Source: Schmidtea polychroa (taxonomy: Eukaryota). Taken from it: 64,000 nucleotides of DNA. The stretch is from positions 4,838,001 to 4,902,000 of the forward strand of contig CM097885.1 of NCBI GenBank assembly GCA_044892525.1, read 5' to 3'. The position numbers were made by a program, and so were the translations under genes. Numbering within the stretch: position 1 is the stretch's first letter; each line of letters begins with the position of its first letter. Shown piece after piece: positions 19,732-31,985 of this stretch. The notes under the pieces were generated by a model that saw only the letters and a list, made by a program, of their open reading frames with translations, was not told the origin of the DNA and did no database searches.

Positions 19732-20614
19732 TAGTGTCGCAATAAGCTCTGTGTGATTAATTGCTTTATTGTTAATTGGTTGTAATTGCATATTGTACGA
19801 TCTATTGAAAATATTAAAAAAACTTATCTTGTTCGGGATTGTTAATTTGTGAACTAAAAAACACGCTTTGGAATCAGAGTAAAAAATTTGAATTTACAAA
19901 TATTGTCACCAACCCAATAAACCAACAAATGATTCACTTTATCCATTGTATTTGCAAACTGTGTGAGCTCAACTTTGACATGCATATGCTCTTTGAATTC
20001 ACATTTAGTCTATTGTTATAGCTTTTAGCTTTTTTATATGATTTCTTTTTTTAATTTTATAAAAAAACTTTATTTGATGCAAAAAAATCAACCCATGAAA
20101 AATCACCACAATATGCATACAATAATTGTTTATTATATATAATAGTTTAATTTTACTATAATAAAAACGATAAAACAATACAAATACATTTTATTTATAT
20201 TTCCCGCAGATTAAGTTTCCAATAACAAATATGCTCAAAGGTTCCATTTGTTAGGATTGATCTAGTGGAATAAGAACATTGTTTCATCTGACTCCGAAAA
20301 TAAACTCTCTGACGTGTAGGTAATATAAATATGATAATATGAATTAATAAGACAACATTGGTTTTCTGTTTAAAATATATATATTTTTATGCAAATTACA
20401 GATTATGAAATACCCAAAAATGCCACTACTATGAAGATTCGAAATCGGTTATGCAAACCGTTCTCAGATAAAGATGTCATACGCTGATGTCAGAGGCAAT
20501 ATCTCTGACTTTTCATTCTGAGTTTTTTAAACCCATTTATATAATATTTCTATTTCTAGTAATTATTTATCTATGTATAATATTTATTTATATATTTATA
20601 GTATTTATTACTTT

Positions 20615-20812
20615 CTAGTAGATATTAGCCCCTTACGGCTACCATTTTAGCCAATCCAACCCCAACACATTGACGTCTTCTTTATTTTCATCAAAATTTC
20701 CTGAGTCCTTTTACGCATTAAAGCGTTTTTAAACCAATTGGTTGAATTTCAGCCAATCACCAATGTATACCTGTACTGACTACTGTAAGCCATTTTCATA
20801 TAACGTATATGA
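20615..20812 (-). mobile_element. Short Helitron-like relic (also copied at 34482-34679)
   Basis: A|TC start on the minus strand, AGCC/GGCT hairpin, CTAG end. Confidence 0.35.
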
Positions 20813-21062
20813 TTTATACAGTAAGTAGAACACGCTTTGAAATGTATGCTTTTTTGTTTGAATTATCCATAAATTATGAATCTACAAAGAATCTATTGGA
20901 TTCTCATGGAAAATCTTTATTGCTTCATTTATCAACATTTGTAGACTAATTGTAGTTAATTGCAGAATATTTATAGGAAAGCATTACAATATGAATGCAT
21001 GATTAACAAAGACATTGTAATAGAAATGCTTGATTTTGATTGGTTAAGAACATGAAAAACAC

Positions 21063-21622
21063 CGAATGCCGACAATCCGCCAACACGGCAATCCAGCAAG
21101 TACGACAATTAGCCAAACGACAATCCGCCAAATGACAATCCGCGAACAGACAATCTGCCAACACTAAAAAATTGGCCAACGCTGACATTTATAAAAATAA
21201 ATATTTATAGGTCATCATATTAAAATTAATTCACATGTACTTGTACAACAACTGTGCCTAAATAATCATTCAAATAAAAGCATTAAAATCAAATACCAGT
21301 ACCTTTGCGACATGTTGAATGTGAGTAGTACTCTTGTGATCAATACCCATAAGGGGTCAAAACATCTTGTCAGATAAACTCAGTTTATCTCTCAGTCAGT
21401 TAAATTGTTTAAATATTTAATTAAAATTTTATATTAAACAATTACTAGTTGATTCTTATCTTTCAGCGGAGAATTTATTTTTAAAATTTTAAAAATATAA
21501 TAAATTTAAAATGTATGTATGTTAAAAAGAACATTTATCAACTTTTTGCCAGATTGTCGCTTTGAACTTTTTGGCGGATTGTCATTTGGCGAATTGTCGT
21601 TTGGCGGATTGTCGTACAACCG
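21063..21622. mobile_element. MITE with modular TIRs (Mutator/Foldback-like)
   Basis: Tandem 15-bp GACAATCCGCCAAA units at the left and inverted copies at the right, flanked by the direct repeat AAAAACAC (21055-21062 and 21623-21630). Confidence 0.8.
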
Positions 21623-22526
21623 AAAAACACATATTAGATAAAAGTATGAAAAATTAAAATAAATGATTTTGGTTGCGGATAAAGTATATTTTCCAAGATA
21701 TATATTAAAGTTTTATTACATTCGTATAGGACTAGTTGCACAAAAACGTTTTGTAAAATGTTAATTGACGAATCAAAACATATTTTTTAAATTTAAAATA
21801 TTAAAATTCAAAAAATTATTTTGAACAGAAATAATATTTCTGGCGAAGAAAATATTCCAAATCAAGCAATAAATACTAGATGATAATATAAGTGTTCTGG
21901 GTGGCCTAAAGGGTAATAAGGAATATCAAATAATAAAAATATATAAGTATGATGACAAATTGTAATAAACACTTTTTTAAATGCATTTATTATAAATATT
22001 ATGATAAATATTATTAGAAATATTATTATAAATATGATAATAAATTATAAATATAAATATTTTAAAAACCATTTTATCCTTATTTACAAATATTTTTTTA
22101 ACACTTCCTAATAAATATTTTAATTAAAATTTAAATTTTAATATTAATTTAAAAAATAAATAGAATTATTGTTATGTAATTTCTGATGGAATATTTAAAC
22201 AAACAAATAAAATTATTATAAAAATAAAATTTCAATATAATTTTATACCAAGTGAGATTTGGAATTATCATTTATTGAAATTTATTGGCCCGAATAAATC
22301 TTGGTCACAAATATAAATAATATTATTTAAAATATAAATATTATTATTAAATTATATTGAATAAACTTTAAATATTTACATTTAAAATTTTTATTAATAA
22401 AAATTAATAAAATTTTTAATTAATTTAAATTTTAATAAATTAATTTAAATATGAGAAAATTTGTAAATATTTGTTTGAATATATTTATTTCTTATTTCAT
22501 ATTTAACATTTGACATCCTCTCAACA

Positions 22527-24146
22527 ATGCCTCCGAAATTTCTTACAAAATCCGAAAGGAAAACATTGGAAGAAGAACAAGATCAACAATTGATCAGTTG
22601 CATCAAATTGTCCCATAATTTTGTCAACAAAACCGAAGATCAAAGCGCACCAATGAAATCATTTGCACTTGAAAATTTGAACATGACGATCCTTGAAAAG
22701 GTTTTGCTCAAAGATTCAACTATCACAATTGAACATGGGAAAAGATATGGTCTTATTGGTAGCAATGGATCCGGTAAATCTATCCTATTCAAAGCCATTC
22801 AAATGGGCTTATTCGACTTTCCAAAGGATTACACAATCGGAATTGTCGAAGAAGAATGTCTTGCTGATGGAACTAAAGTTGTCGAATGCTTTGTTGGTAA
22901 AGATGAAGTTGAAGATTTCATGGTGAGATTTGCTGACGTGAAAAGCAGAGCTGTCAACAAGAAGAACAAAGATGTTGAAGTACCAAAACTCGTGAAAATA
23001 TTAGATGGAATGGGATTTACTGCTGAAAAGATGAATGACCACGTTGGTAATTTATCTGGTGGTTGGAGAATGAAGATTAGTTTGGCAACTGTTCTGATGG
23101 CTGAACCAGATCTTTTACTTTTAGATGAACCAACTAACATGTTGGACGATAGAACTATCAAATGGTTGTCGGGATTTTTGAAAGAATGGAAGACGAATTT
23201 ATTTTTCATTTCTCATGACGGAGGCTTTTTATCTAACGTTGCAACGGATTTGTTATCAATTGAAAATAAAACTGTCGTACATTATGCTTGCAAATACTAC
23301 GAATGGTTGAGGAATCAAGAACTCGACAGAGATAAAGTTAGAAATCAAATCCAAGAACAAAAGGCACAGAAAGCTGAATTGATGGAATACATAAAAAAGT
23401 TCGAAAAGACAAAAAAGAAAGAAGTCGCTGCTAAAAGACAAAAAATAAAAAAGATGCCCGTCATTGATGAAAGTATTCTAGAACCGAGAGAAATCTGGAG
23501 ATTTCCCGCTTGCTTGAAAATCAAGTGCGCTACAATTGAAACGAATGAAATGGGATTCAGTTTTGGTCCCGCTAAAGAAATATTTAGAAACATCACATTA
23601 CGCGTTCAACCCGATTCTAAAATCTGCATCCTCGGAGACAACGGTTGCGGTAAAACTACTCTATTGAAGATCTTCATGAAAATCCTCAAACCCACCAATG
23701 GAAACATGTTCTTAAATGATCGAACAAATGTCGGCTACTTCAGCCAGCATTACGTCGACCATTTGGAACTGGATAAATCAGCAATTGAAATTATGCAGAT
23801 CCGAGTTCCCAACTGCAAACTCGAAACTTATCAAAGTCATTTGTTGAAATTCGGAATCACAAGTGAAGATTGGAACATTCCCGTCAGATGTTTATCATCG
23901 GGACAAAAGTCAAGAGTAGCTTTCTCCACTATTTACATGCAGAAGCCTAACTTTTTGATTTTCGATGAACCGACAAGCCATTTGGATAAAGATGGAACTG
24001 AAGCTTTAGAAGATGCTTTGAGGAAATTCAAAGGAGGAGTTATTGTTGTTACTCACGATGGAAGGATGATGTCAAATGTTTGCAAGGATTTGTGGTACAT
24101 CCAGAACAGAACTGTCAGCGTTGTTGAGGACGGCTGTATGATATAA
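22527..24146 (+). CDS. ABCF: ABC-F family ATPase, copy 2 (539 aa)
   Basis: Full-length intronless ORF with two nucleotide-binding domains. Confidence 0.93.
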   Translation: MPPKFLTKSERKTLEEEQDQQLISCIKLSHNFVNKTEDQSAPMKSFALENLNMTILEKVLLKDSTITIEHGKRYGLIGSNGSGKSILFKAIQMGLFDFPKDYTIGIVEEECLADGTKVVECFVGKDEVEDFMVRFADVKSRAVNKKNKDVEVPKLVKILDGMGFTAEKMNDHVGNLSGGWRMKISLATVLMAEPDLLLLDEPTNMLDDRTIKWLSGFLKEWKTNLFFISHDGGFLSNVATDLLSIENKTVVHYACKYYEWLRNQELDRDKVRNQIQEQKAQKAELMEYIKKFEKTKKKEVAAKRQKIKKMPVIDESILEPREIWRFPACLKIKCATIETNEMGFSFGPAKEIFRNITLRVQPDSKICILGDNGCGKTTLLKIFMKILKPTNGNMFLNDRTNVGYFSQHYVDHLELDKSAIEIMQIRVPNCKLETYQSHLLKFGITSEDWNIPVRCLSSGQKSRVAFSTIYMQKPNFLIFDEPTSHLDKDGTEALEDALRKFKGGVIVVTHDGRMMSNVCKDLWYIQNRTVSVVEDGCMI

Positions 24147-24383
24147 ATAAATATTTCGATAAATTTTTTTGTCTCTTTCATTGATAAAATTTAATTTAAC
24201 TTTTCAAACGTTATTTAAACTTTTTTTATTAGTATCAATTGTTTTAATTATAAAATTCCTAATCAAATAAGATGAATATTATTTTTCATCGTTCATTTAA
24301 GCTTTTCCTCTTAGCTAAAAATGTCGACAATTAATTTAAGCAACTATAGCAACCTGATCTACTTTTTTAAAAATACACCCATT

Positions 24384-24995
24384 TTATAAGTAAGAATTCT
24401 TTAACCATTTTTCTCGAGATGTTTTTTTATTACTTATAACATTAGCCACCATGCCCTCCCTTTTTAATCTTATAACCTCATTCTTTATATCTTGTATTAT
24501 TTGATTTGATTTCATTATTTCTTCGTCTGTCAGGATTCCATCTTCCAAAGCTTTTAATTGAAATAAAAATAATTTAGAGATTCCTAATTCTATTGATAAA
24601 CAAACTTCTCTATATAAACTTTTCTTTTTAGAAGTATAAGATAATGAAACTATTTCAGTTAAGAAACCATCAGCCACAGAAATACTTCCAAGTATTACAG
24701 GTGCAAGAGTAACAACTGGTAAAGTTATGGGTAAAATAACTGTTAATATTGCAGATGCAAATCCTAAAGAATAACCTATAACTTTTAAAACTGTATTCCT
24801 TTTATTCCATCTATTTTTAATTTTTTTATAATGCTCTAATAAATCTTGTAAATGTAAGGTTTCTGATTTAAATTCTTTTACTCTCATAATTTCAAGTTCT
24901 GTGGGAGCCGAGGCCTTGGAACCTTTGTGACCTTCGGAATAATATCCTGATGATCTCAATTCTGGGTAAATTTTTTCTTCTCTTACTTCTTCCAT
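24384..24995 (-). CDS. Polinton membrane-associated protein, copy 2
   Basis: Same protein as 10474-11085. Confidence 0.7.
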   Translation of the reverse strand: MEEVREEKIYPELRSSGYYSEGHKGSKASAPTELEIMRVKEFKSETLHLQDLLEHYKKIKNRWNKRNTVLKVIGYSLGFASAILTVILPITLPVVTLAPVILGSISVADGFLTEIVSLSYTSKKKSLYREVCLSIELGISKLFLFQLKALEDGILTDEEIMKSNQIIQDIKNEVIRLKREGMVANVISNKKTSREKWLKNSYL

Positions 24996-25003
24996 TTTAA
25001 TAA

Positions 25004-26014
25004 TTAAAAAAATAAGACTTTATTCTTCTGAGCACCATCTGGTACCAATACTCGGATATCAAAAGAAACTCTTGTTGAGAGGATGTCTTTATACAATTCT
25101 CTCAATGCTTTACGAACTTCATCAACATCAACCTTTTTTTCATAAAATATTAAATCTATATATTGTACAAGTGAACTAGAAAAATGAATATTCTTACTTT
25201 TAACTTTATGTAGTCCATGTGAATGAGTATTAACATACCAATCTCCGTGTGGTAAATCATAACTAGTCATTATAACATCACCCTTTTCAAGCTTACTATT
25301 ATAATCACATTTCACAAACCATTTCATTCTTTCATTATCATCATCAAACAAAAAGAAATAAGGATCAATAATTTTTACAACCATAAAAACACCCCATTCT
25401 TTACTGTTTGTTGTTATTAAACTTGGTTCTATAAAATGTTTATATGTATGGGGTAATAATGTTTTATTCTGTTCTAATTCAGCAGCTCTTTTTCTAATAC
25501 TATGTGTGGTGTTAATGTGTGTTCCATGAGACTCTAAATTTGAAATTCTTTTATTAAATGATGTAATCATCTCATTTATTATATTATATATTGCATTAAA
25601 TTTAGTATTCATAATTTGTTTATCTTTAGAATTTAATATAGCAGTATTTAACTTTACAACTTGTTCAGTTAACAGACTTTGTAACTTGTCAAATTTATCA
25701 TTAAATCGTTGTTCGATATTATTAAGCTTTGATTCCATTGAATCAATTTTTGTTGTTAATGAACTTTCAATTCTTGTTGTTGTTAAATCAGTATATTTTT
25801 TAACACCATCTACATATTTCTTATTAACTGCATCAGCTTCATCAGTTGGAAAAGATAATTCTTTTATCTTGTGTCCATTTAAAATTAAATCACCCTTCAT
25901 TGAATCACCTCTTTCATTAATATATTTATTTTCTGTTAAAGTTAATATTTCTTCTGTATTAAACCCTGTTTTTATTGTTCCACCACCTCTATTACATGGA
26001 ATATAAGAACTCAT
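25004..26014 (-). CDS. Fibre-like protein, copy 2
   Basis: Same protein as 11094-12104. Confidence 0.6.
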   Translation of the reverse strand: MSSYIPCNRGGGTIKTGFNTEEILTLTENKYINERGDSMKGDLILNGHKIKELSFPTDEADAVNKKYVDGVKKYTDLTTTRIESSLTTKIDSMESKLNNIEQRFNDKFDKLQSLLTEQVVKLNTAILNSKDKQIMNTKFNAIYNIINEMITSFNKRISNLESHGTHINTTHSIRKRAAELEQNKTLLPHTYKHFIEPSLITTNSKEWGVFMVVKIIDPYFFLFDDDNERMKWFVKCDYNSKLEKGDVIMTSYDLPHGDWYVNTHSHGLHKVKSKNIHFSSSLVQYIDLIFYEKKVDVDEVRKALRELYKDILSTRVSFDIRVLVPDGAQKNKVLFF

Positions 26015-26054
26015 TTATTAATAATTTAAAATGGACGGAGTCCCCTGAGAGGAA

Positions 26055-26819
26055 CTAAACCTGTTTCAAATGTAAATACATTGAAATCTCTTCTCCATTA
26101 AAATCAATCAATTCTCCTTCTTGATTAAGAATTTTAAAATTAATATCCATTATATATTTTCTACATAAAGGTAAATAATTTGGAGGATTCATTCTTTCAA
26201 CTATTTTATATCCCATAGGAACTGTGTTTGAGGGAAAGGAATATAAAACATTTGTTTGTTTACCATTATTATAAGAACCTGTTATACAATCGCAATGAAT
26301 ATTTATTGTGTTTGTATTTATTATTTTTATAATATGTTCTGATGTTATTATTTTATCTTCTTTTATTGTTATATCCATAGGTTTAAATCCTAAAACTGTG
26401 TGAAAGAAACAATTATCTAAAAAACTAATTTTTATATTCTTCAAAGTCATTACACATTTTGAAGTTGGTATATCCATTTTAATTTTAATACCTTCATTTG
26501 TTTTTTTAGAAAGTATATCATTTAAATCTTTTATCTCATATGCCCCAGGTTCTATTGTTATAATTTTTGGTTTATGCCCATCACGAGTTTGAATAGTAAA
26601 TTTATTATTATCTTTAGTTATATTAAAAATAGTATTATAAGCACAAAACCATAATAGCCCCAATTCATAATTTAAATTTTGATCTAATTTAATTGAATCT
26701 TGAAAGTTTATAGTAAACTCTGATTCTTTTGAATTTATAGATAAAGTTCTTGAATATTTATCTGACATTATGTTTACCATTTTTTTTAAATTATCTTCCG
26801 GAGGGTTGTGAAGCTCCAT
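26055..26819 (-). CDS. PX: Penton, copy 2
   Basis: One E>K change relative to copy 1. Confidence 0.88.
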   Translation of the reverse strand: MELHNPPEDNLKKMVNIMSDKYSRTLSINSKESEFTINFQDSIKLDQNLNYELGLLWFCAYNTIFNITKDNNKFTIQTRDGHKPKIITIEPGAYEIKDLNDILSKKTNEGIKIKMDIPTSKCVMTLKNIKISFLDNCFFHTVLGFKPMDITIKEDKIITSEHIIKIINTNTINIHCDCITGSYNNGKQTNVLYSFPSNTVPMGYKIVERMNPPNYLPLCRKYIMDINFKILNQEGELIDFNGEEISMYLHLKQV

Positions 26820-26867
26820 TTCTTTAGTAGTAAATTCATATAGTAAAAATCCTTATAGTAAAAATCC

Positions 26868-27332
26868 TTATAGTAGAGATTCTAGATCATTATAAATTTC
26901 TTGAATTATAGATTCAAAATCCTGCGTATGCCCCTTTCCCTCTCCCTTATTCAATCTATACAAAACATATAAACTTAAAATACCACATATTTTAGTATTC
27001 AAAGGTTGAACTTGTAAAGAGTTAAAAGTATAACCATTTGGGGAATCAATCGGAGAACCCCTCAAGAGATAATCTTCAACTTCTTTAGTAGGTTTAATCC
27101 CAAAAGAATCAAAGTAGATAGATTTCTTATATATACAAACCCAATGAGATCCTTTTTCATTTGAATTTTGATAATTGATTATTATATTCAGGGGACTCTC
27201 CAGACTTGATAATTCATCATTCATTAATATTTTAATTTTTAAATTTAAATAATTTGCATAATCTTTTAAATCAAAATTTGTTTTTGCATTTATTCCAAAT
27301 GTTTTTAAAAAATCTAATATTGAAGGAGTCAT
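26868..27332 (-). CDS. PRO: Adenain protease, copy 2
   Basis: Same protein as 12958-13422. Confidence 0.93.
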   Translation of the reverse strand: MTPSILDFLKTFGINAKTNFDLKDYANYLNLKIKILMNDELSSLESPLNIIINYQNSNEKGSHWVCIYKKSIYFDSFGIKPTKEVEDYLLRGSPIDSPNGYTFNSLQVQPLNTKICGILSLYVLYRLNKGEGKGHTQDFESIIQEIYNDLESLL

Positions 27333-27354
27333 TTTGTATTTTAAAACTTCGTAT

Positions 27355-28236
27355 TTATAACTTCGTATACTTATTAAATTTATCTTTTGAAATTATTCCT
27401 TGTTTTAACAAATCTTTAGAAATCTTTAAAATATCAGAATCTAAATTATTATGTCCTGCTTTCCTTGCAGCTAATAGTTTTCTTAATTCAATAAAAAGAT
27501 TGATGGGATTTGGTTTACCACCTTCACTAATTAATCCCTCTCCCTCTGTAACAACATAAATCTTTTCATTTTTATTTAAATAATTCTTTAAATCTTGAAT
27601 ATATTTTGCTTTAGAACTAGCTCTTATTAATCTTATTAAATTTAAATATTTTTTAATTTCTTCAACATCATCTGAAGAATATCCACAAAGTAATCTATAA
27701 AAATCATCTGTAAATTCAAAGTCTAAATATTCATTATTATAAACATTTTGTGAATGAATACGTGATTTATTTTCTGAATTTGAATATAAAGTAAAGTTTT
27801 GTTTATTAATTGTTATTATTTGATATCCTTCAGTATTAGTATTAAATGTGGGTCTAATTGAAGGAGGTAAATCATCTCTAATTTTAGGATCAACTTTAAG
27901 AGGTTTTGTTTTTAAAAACATTTCTTCTTCTTCCACATTAGAAATTCTTCTGCGTTTTCTTTGATTTCTTTCAGGATGGTTTTCACTGGATTCTTTTTCT
28001 TTATCCTGCCACTCTAGTTCTTTTATTTTTTGTTTTTTATCTTCTAACTCTTTAAATTTTGCTTGCTCATTGAAATCTTCCAACTCTTTTATAGCTTTAA
28101 TTGTTGGCCCCTGTTGTTGTGTTATTACCTCATTTAATATTATAGATTCAGCATGTTGAGTTGTATCTTTTTTATTATATTTATCTTGTTCTGATTGTAA
28201 TTTTTTTAAAAGTGCTAATCTTTCTTCATATACCAT
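27355..28236 (-). CDS. Conserved Polinton protein, copy 2
   Basis: Same protein as 13445-14326. Confidence 0.65.
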   Translation of the reverse strand: MVYEERLALLKKLQSEQDKYNKKDTTQHAESIILNEVITQQQGPTIKAIKELEDFNEQAKFKELEDKKQKIKELEWQDKEKESSENHPERNQRKRRRISNVEEEEMFLKTKPLKVDPKIRDDLPPSIRPTFNTNTEGYQIITINKQNFTLYSNSENKSRIHSQNVYNNEYLDFEFTDDFYRLLCGYSSDDVEEIKKYLNLIRLIRASSKAKYIQDLKNYLNKNEKIYVVTEGEGLISEGGKPNPINLFIELRKLLAARKAGHNNLDSDILKISKDLLKQGIISKDKFNKYTKL

Positions 28237-28258
28237 TTTAATGGTATCAAAAATGGTA

Positions 28259-28837
28259 TCATAGTTCGAAGGGCTTCAAGTATAATCCTTTACCATTTTT
28301 AGTTTTACAAAGGCATCCATTCTTTAAAGATTTACATATTTTTTTTAAATCTTCTTTATCTTTTGAAGATAAAGATTCAGATGTAGAAATTTGATTTTTT
28401 AAAAAATCATTTAAACCTCTACCTTTATAAGGATCAAGATAGAGACCTTTGCCCTGAGACTTTTGCCGACTCCCCTCATATGGATTAAGATAGAGACCCT
28501 TTCCAACGGACACTCCCCCTTTAGCTTGCCCTACCTTCTTCATTGAATCGATTTCAGTTTGTAGTTTTTCTTTTTCTAGGTCTGTCTTTTGAGATTCTTT
28601 AGCTTTTTGAACTGTAGTTGCAATTCCTCCAGCTATTCCAGCAGCACCTGATAAACCAGCAATGATTGCAGGTATTAAAGCAGCTAATGGAAGAATGCCA
28701 CCTTCTTTAGCTTCGTGGATCTTCGCTCTAACTTGTTCTTTTACATGTTTTCCAATAAAATATTTTTTACCATCAATTACTACTGATTTATTTTTATTTG
28801 AATTTATTAATTCTTGCAAAGATTCTTCAGTTGTCAT
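28259..28837 (-). CDS. pX-like core protein, copy 2
   Basis: Same protein as 14349-14927. Confidence 0.75.
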   Translation of the reverse strand: MTTEESLQELINSNKNKSVVIDGKKYFIGKHVKEQVRAKIHEAKEGGILPLAALIPAIIAGLSGAAGIAGGIATTVQKAKESQKTDLEKEKLQTEIDSMKKVGQAKGGVSVGKGLYLNPYEGSRQKSQGKGLYLDPYKGRGLNDFLKNQISTSESLSSKDKEDLKKICKSLKNGCLCKTKNGKGLYLKPFEL

Positions 28838-28852
28838 TTTATAATAAATAAA

Positions 28853-29659
28853 ATGGATGTACGAAGTCCAATAATTTGGAAACCAATTTTAAATAGACAT
28901 AAGAGTAAATTTAATAATAAAGTATTTCCTGATAATTTTAGATTATTAATTGTTGGTTCTTCTGGATGTGGAAAGAATGTACTTGTTTTGAGAATGTTAC
29001 TTGAAGATGATTTTTTAGATTATAATAATTTAATCTTTTATTCTACAACCATAAATCAACCAGAATTACAACTTTTGAAATGTGGATTTGGAAATAAATT
29101 AACTAAAAAAGCAATAATTGATATTTTTAAAAATCAACATAGGTGTCCTGAAGAAGTTTTTCAACCTTGTGATATGGTTGATTGGTATAAGGAAAAGATT
29201 TTAGAATCAGATATTAGTAATAAAAATGATTATATTTGTGAAGAAGGGCAGGAGGCAATTCAAGTTTTATTCTCTAATAAACCTGAAGATGTTTTACATT
29301 GTGATTTACTTCCTAAAGATAAAAAGAATCTAGTTATATTTGATGATGTTGTCAACATGAAAAATCAAGAGATTCAAAAGAGTTACTTTACACGAGGTCG
29401 ACATAATAATTGTAATGTTATTTATATATCTCAAACATATTATGCTTTAGATAAAAATTCAATAAGAAATAATTCCAATTGTTTTATATTTTTTAAATTA
29501 GATCGCCGTGATAAGAATATGATTTATAATGATTTATTTTCAAATGTTGAACCTGATAAGAATATGTTTGATATGTTTGTTGATAATCATTGGAAAGAAA
29601 AATATAATTATATTTATTTGGATAGAGAAGAAGCTGAAATATGGAAAAGTTTGTTTTAG
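28853..29659 (+). CDS. ATP: Packaging ATPase, copy 2
   Basis: One E>G change relative to copy 1. Confidence 0.93.
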   Translation: MDVRSPIIWKPILNRHKSKFNNKVFPDNFRLLIVGSSGCGKNVLVLRMLLEDDFLDYNNLIFYSTTINQPELQLLKCGFGNKLTKKAIIDIFKNQHRCPEEVFQPCDMVDWYKEKILESDISNKNDYICEEGQEAIQVLFSNKPEDVLHCDLLPKDKKNLVIFDDVVNMKNQEIQKSYFTRGRHNNCNVIYISQTYYALDKNSIRNNSNCFIFFKLDRRDKNMIYNDLFSNVEPDKNMFDMFVDNHWKEKYNYIYLDREEAEIWKSLF

Positions 29660-29670
29660 GGCTTGTCGAC

Positions 29671-31056
29671 TTAAAAATCTGTTTTCTGTAGTTCATTATT
29701 ATAAAATCTACCTAATATTTTTTCATTATTTAAATCAAAGATGCTATATGTTATTGGAGTTGTATAATTTATTTTATTTATAATAAAAATTTCATTTGTC
29801 CATTTTGCTGTGAATCCTTTTTCAAATTTATTTTTATATTTAAATATTCTTACTCGGTCACCAATTTTAAACTTTGGTTTTTCAATAACATCATTTTCAA
29901 TATTTACCACTTTAATGGTTTCAGGCTTCATGGAAGCATTTAAAGGTGTTAATTTTATAGAACTATGTACATCATTATTATATTCATTTACAATCTTTTG
30001 TAACAATTCATTGTTCCATTTTTGTTTTCCAATAGCAGTAAAATATTTCCACATTTTATTTTTTAATGTTCTATTTAATCTTTCAACTACGACTGCTTTT
30101 CCTTCGTTTTCTGTTGAATATAATTTAATATCATTTTCATTTAAAAACTTTGTAAAAACTTTGTTATAAAATTCTATTCCTTTATCACACCATAAATATT
30201 TTGGGATTCTTTGATTTTCTTCAAATATATTTTCAAATGCTTCTGTAATAGAATATCCTGTTTTATTTTCTAAACACCTTGCAAAAGCAAATCTTGTATA
30301 TAAATCTATTACAGTTAAAATTATTTTATATTTTTCAGGGTCTGATGATTTGGGCATAAAGACTAAATCTGCAGACCATGTTTGATCTTTTTCATGTACT
30401 TGAACTTTTAAATATTTTTTATTTTTTCTAAATTCATGGTGTAATTCCTTTGCATATTTTATTTCTGATTCTGTTGGGGTTTGTAAACTAGTCTTGGATA
30501 TATTCTCAAGGGATCTTTCAATGTCTGCTTGTTCGATAATCTTTTTATAAGCAACATCTTTTGCTATTCTAGGAAGTCTTGCACCCATGGTGATCGGACT
30601 GTGTCCTAAGCCTATGAAAATCTTACCTTTCATTGCTAATTTAACTAGAGCTCTTTGAATCTTTTCTTGGGTTGATGGATTTTGGATACTATTTAAATCA
30701 TGTATTAAATTCACATCTGCAACATGTCTATCTCTAAGATTTGTTGAATTGTATGCAATGTCATGTTTAAAAGCTGCTTGATCAATTCTATTTATTGGTT
30801 CTTCTCCTTGTTTGGGATTATTATTTTCATCTAATCTAATATCTAATCTTGTTCCTGGTCCGGTGTAGTTGTGTTTAAATAAATGTCTTTCACCTGGATA
30901 TTTTTCTGTAGTAAAAGGTTTTAATATTGAAGATGTTGTTTTTGAAGATTGTAGATCGCCTCCTGTATGTTTTTTAGTTTTTAAATGACTTGCTTTATGA
31001 TGTCTTGTAACTTGACAATTACAAGTTTCACATCTCCAATATTTATTTAGAGACAT
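29671..31056 (-). CDS. INT: PLA2-integrase, copy 2
   Basis: T>I and F>L changes relative to copy 1. Confidence 0.95.
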   Translation of the reverse strand: MSLNKYWRCETCNCQVTRHHKASHLKTKKHTGGDLQSSKTTSSILKPFTTEKYPGERHLFKHNYTGPGTRLDIRLDENNNPKQGEEPINRIDQAAFKHDIAYNSTNLRDRHVADVNLIHDLNSIQNPSTQEKIQRALVKLAMKGKIFIGLGHSPITMGARLPRIAKDVAYKKIIEQADIERSLENISKTSLQTPTESEIKYAKELHHEFRKNKKYLKVQVHEKDQTWSADLVFMPKSSDPEKYKIILTVIDLYTRFAFARCLENKTGYSITEAFENIFEENQRIPKYLWCDKGIEFYNKVFTKFLNENDIKLYSTENEGKAVVVERLNRTLKNKMWKYFTAIGKQKWNNELLQKIVNEYNNDVHSSIKLTPLNASMKPETIKVVNIENDVIEKPKFKIGDRVRIFKYKNKFEKGFTAKWTNEIFIINKINYTTPITYSIFDLNNEKILGRFYNNELQKTDF

Positions 31057-31085
31057 TTTAAAATGTTAAAATATCAGGGATTATA

Positions 31086-31686
31086 TTAAGAATCTCCCCT
31101 AACATTTTCGATTATTGAAATCTTTCCACCATATAATTTCATTTCTATTTTCTTTTCTTCTAATATTAATGTATATACTTTAGCTTTAAAATTAGAATCC
31201 TTTGTTACATGAAGTGTAACATCAACATTATTTATGGCTAATCGATCATCTTGGTCTGATACATTTATACAAAATATAGAATATAAATTTTTGAAATCTT
31301 CTAAACTTAATTGCGGTTCAACTTTGAAATCATAACATGTTTCAATATAATTTAGATATGGGAATATGTTTTCATTATTTTCAATATTAAATTCCATTCT
31401 ATTTATTGGATAATAAGAACTATTTAATTGAATTTGTATTGTTTTTAAATTATCATCTCCAATCTTTTGAATAAATAGATTGTTATTTTTTTGGAAAGAT
31501 GAATCTGTTTCTTTGAATCCAATGTTTGAAGAGATTGAAAAACTATATCACCCCTACGATTTAAGTTTGCAATAGATCCTGAAGTTGGGGAGATTTTAAG
31601 TACATCGTTTTTCTTGATTTCATGAGTAAATTCTTTATTATAATCAAGATTTAATTTTTTTTTTCTTGAATTTTTATATTATTCAT
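31086..31686 (-). pseudogene. PY: Deleted major capsid gene, copy 2
   Basis: Same lesions as 17176-17776. Confidence 0.8.
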
Positions 31687-31985
31687 TTCTATATATTAAA
31701 ATTTGCACACACAAAATAGGATTAATTAAATATATTATGTAAGCCATTATAGCGGAGTGGGAATAGGCTTCAATTTTATCACCGGGAGTACCGGGTTCAA
31801 TTTTCGATTTTGGTCAATTTTTATCGATATTTTTTTTCAACGGAATCTGATTCAGCGTACTGATTTTAGTATATATTTAAATTTTCAGATGGATCTGAGT
31901 GGCAGTTGTCGAGAAAATGAATAATTAATTATCAATTTCATCAATAAATAGTCACACATTAACAACTTATTTTATATTGAGTATA

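Noticed and set aside
21003..21188. 61-aa ORF with LADC repeats, and a possible CRISPR-like array
   Set aside because: It is the translation of the 15-bp MITE subrepeats. There are no unique spacers, no cas genes, and the context is eukaryotic.
22527..24146. ABC-F as a native Polinton gene
   Set aside because: It lies outside the TIR/TSD of the original insertion and other copies have no viral flanks. It is enclosed only because of the duplication.
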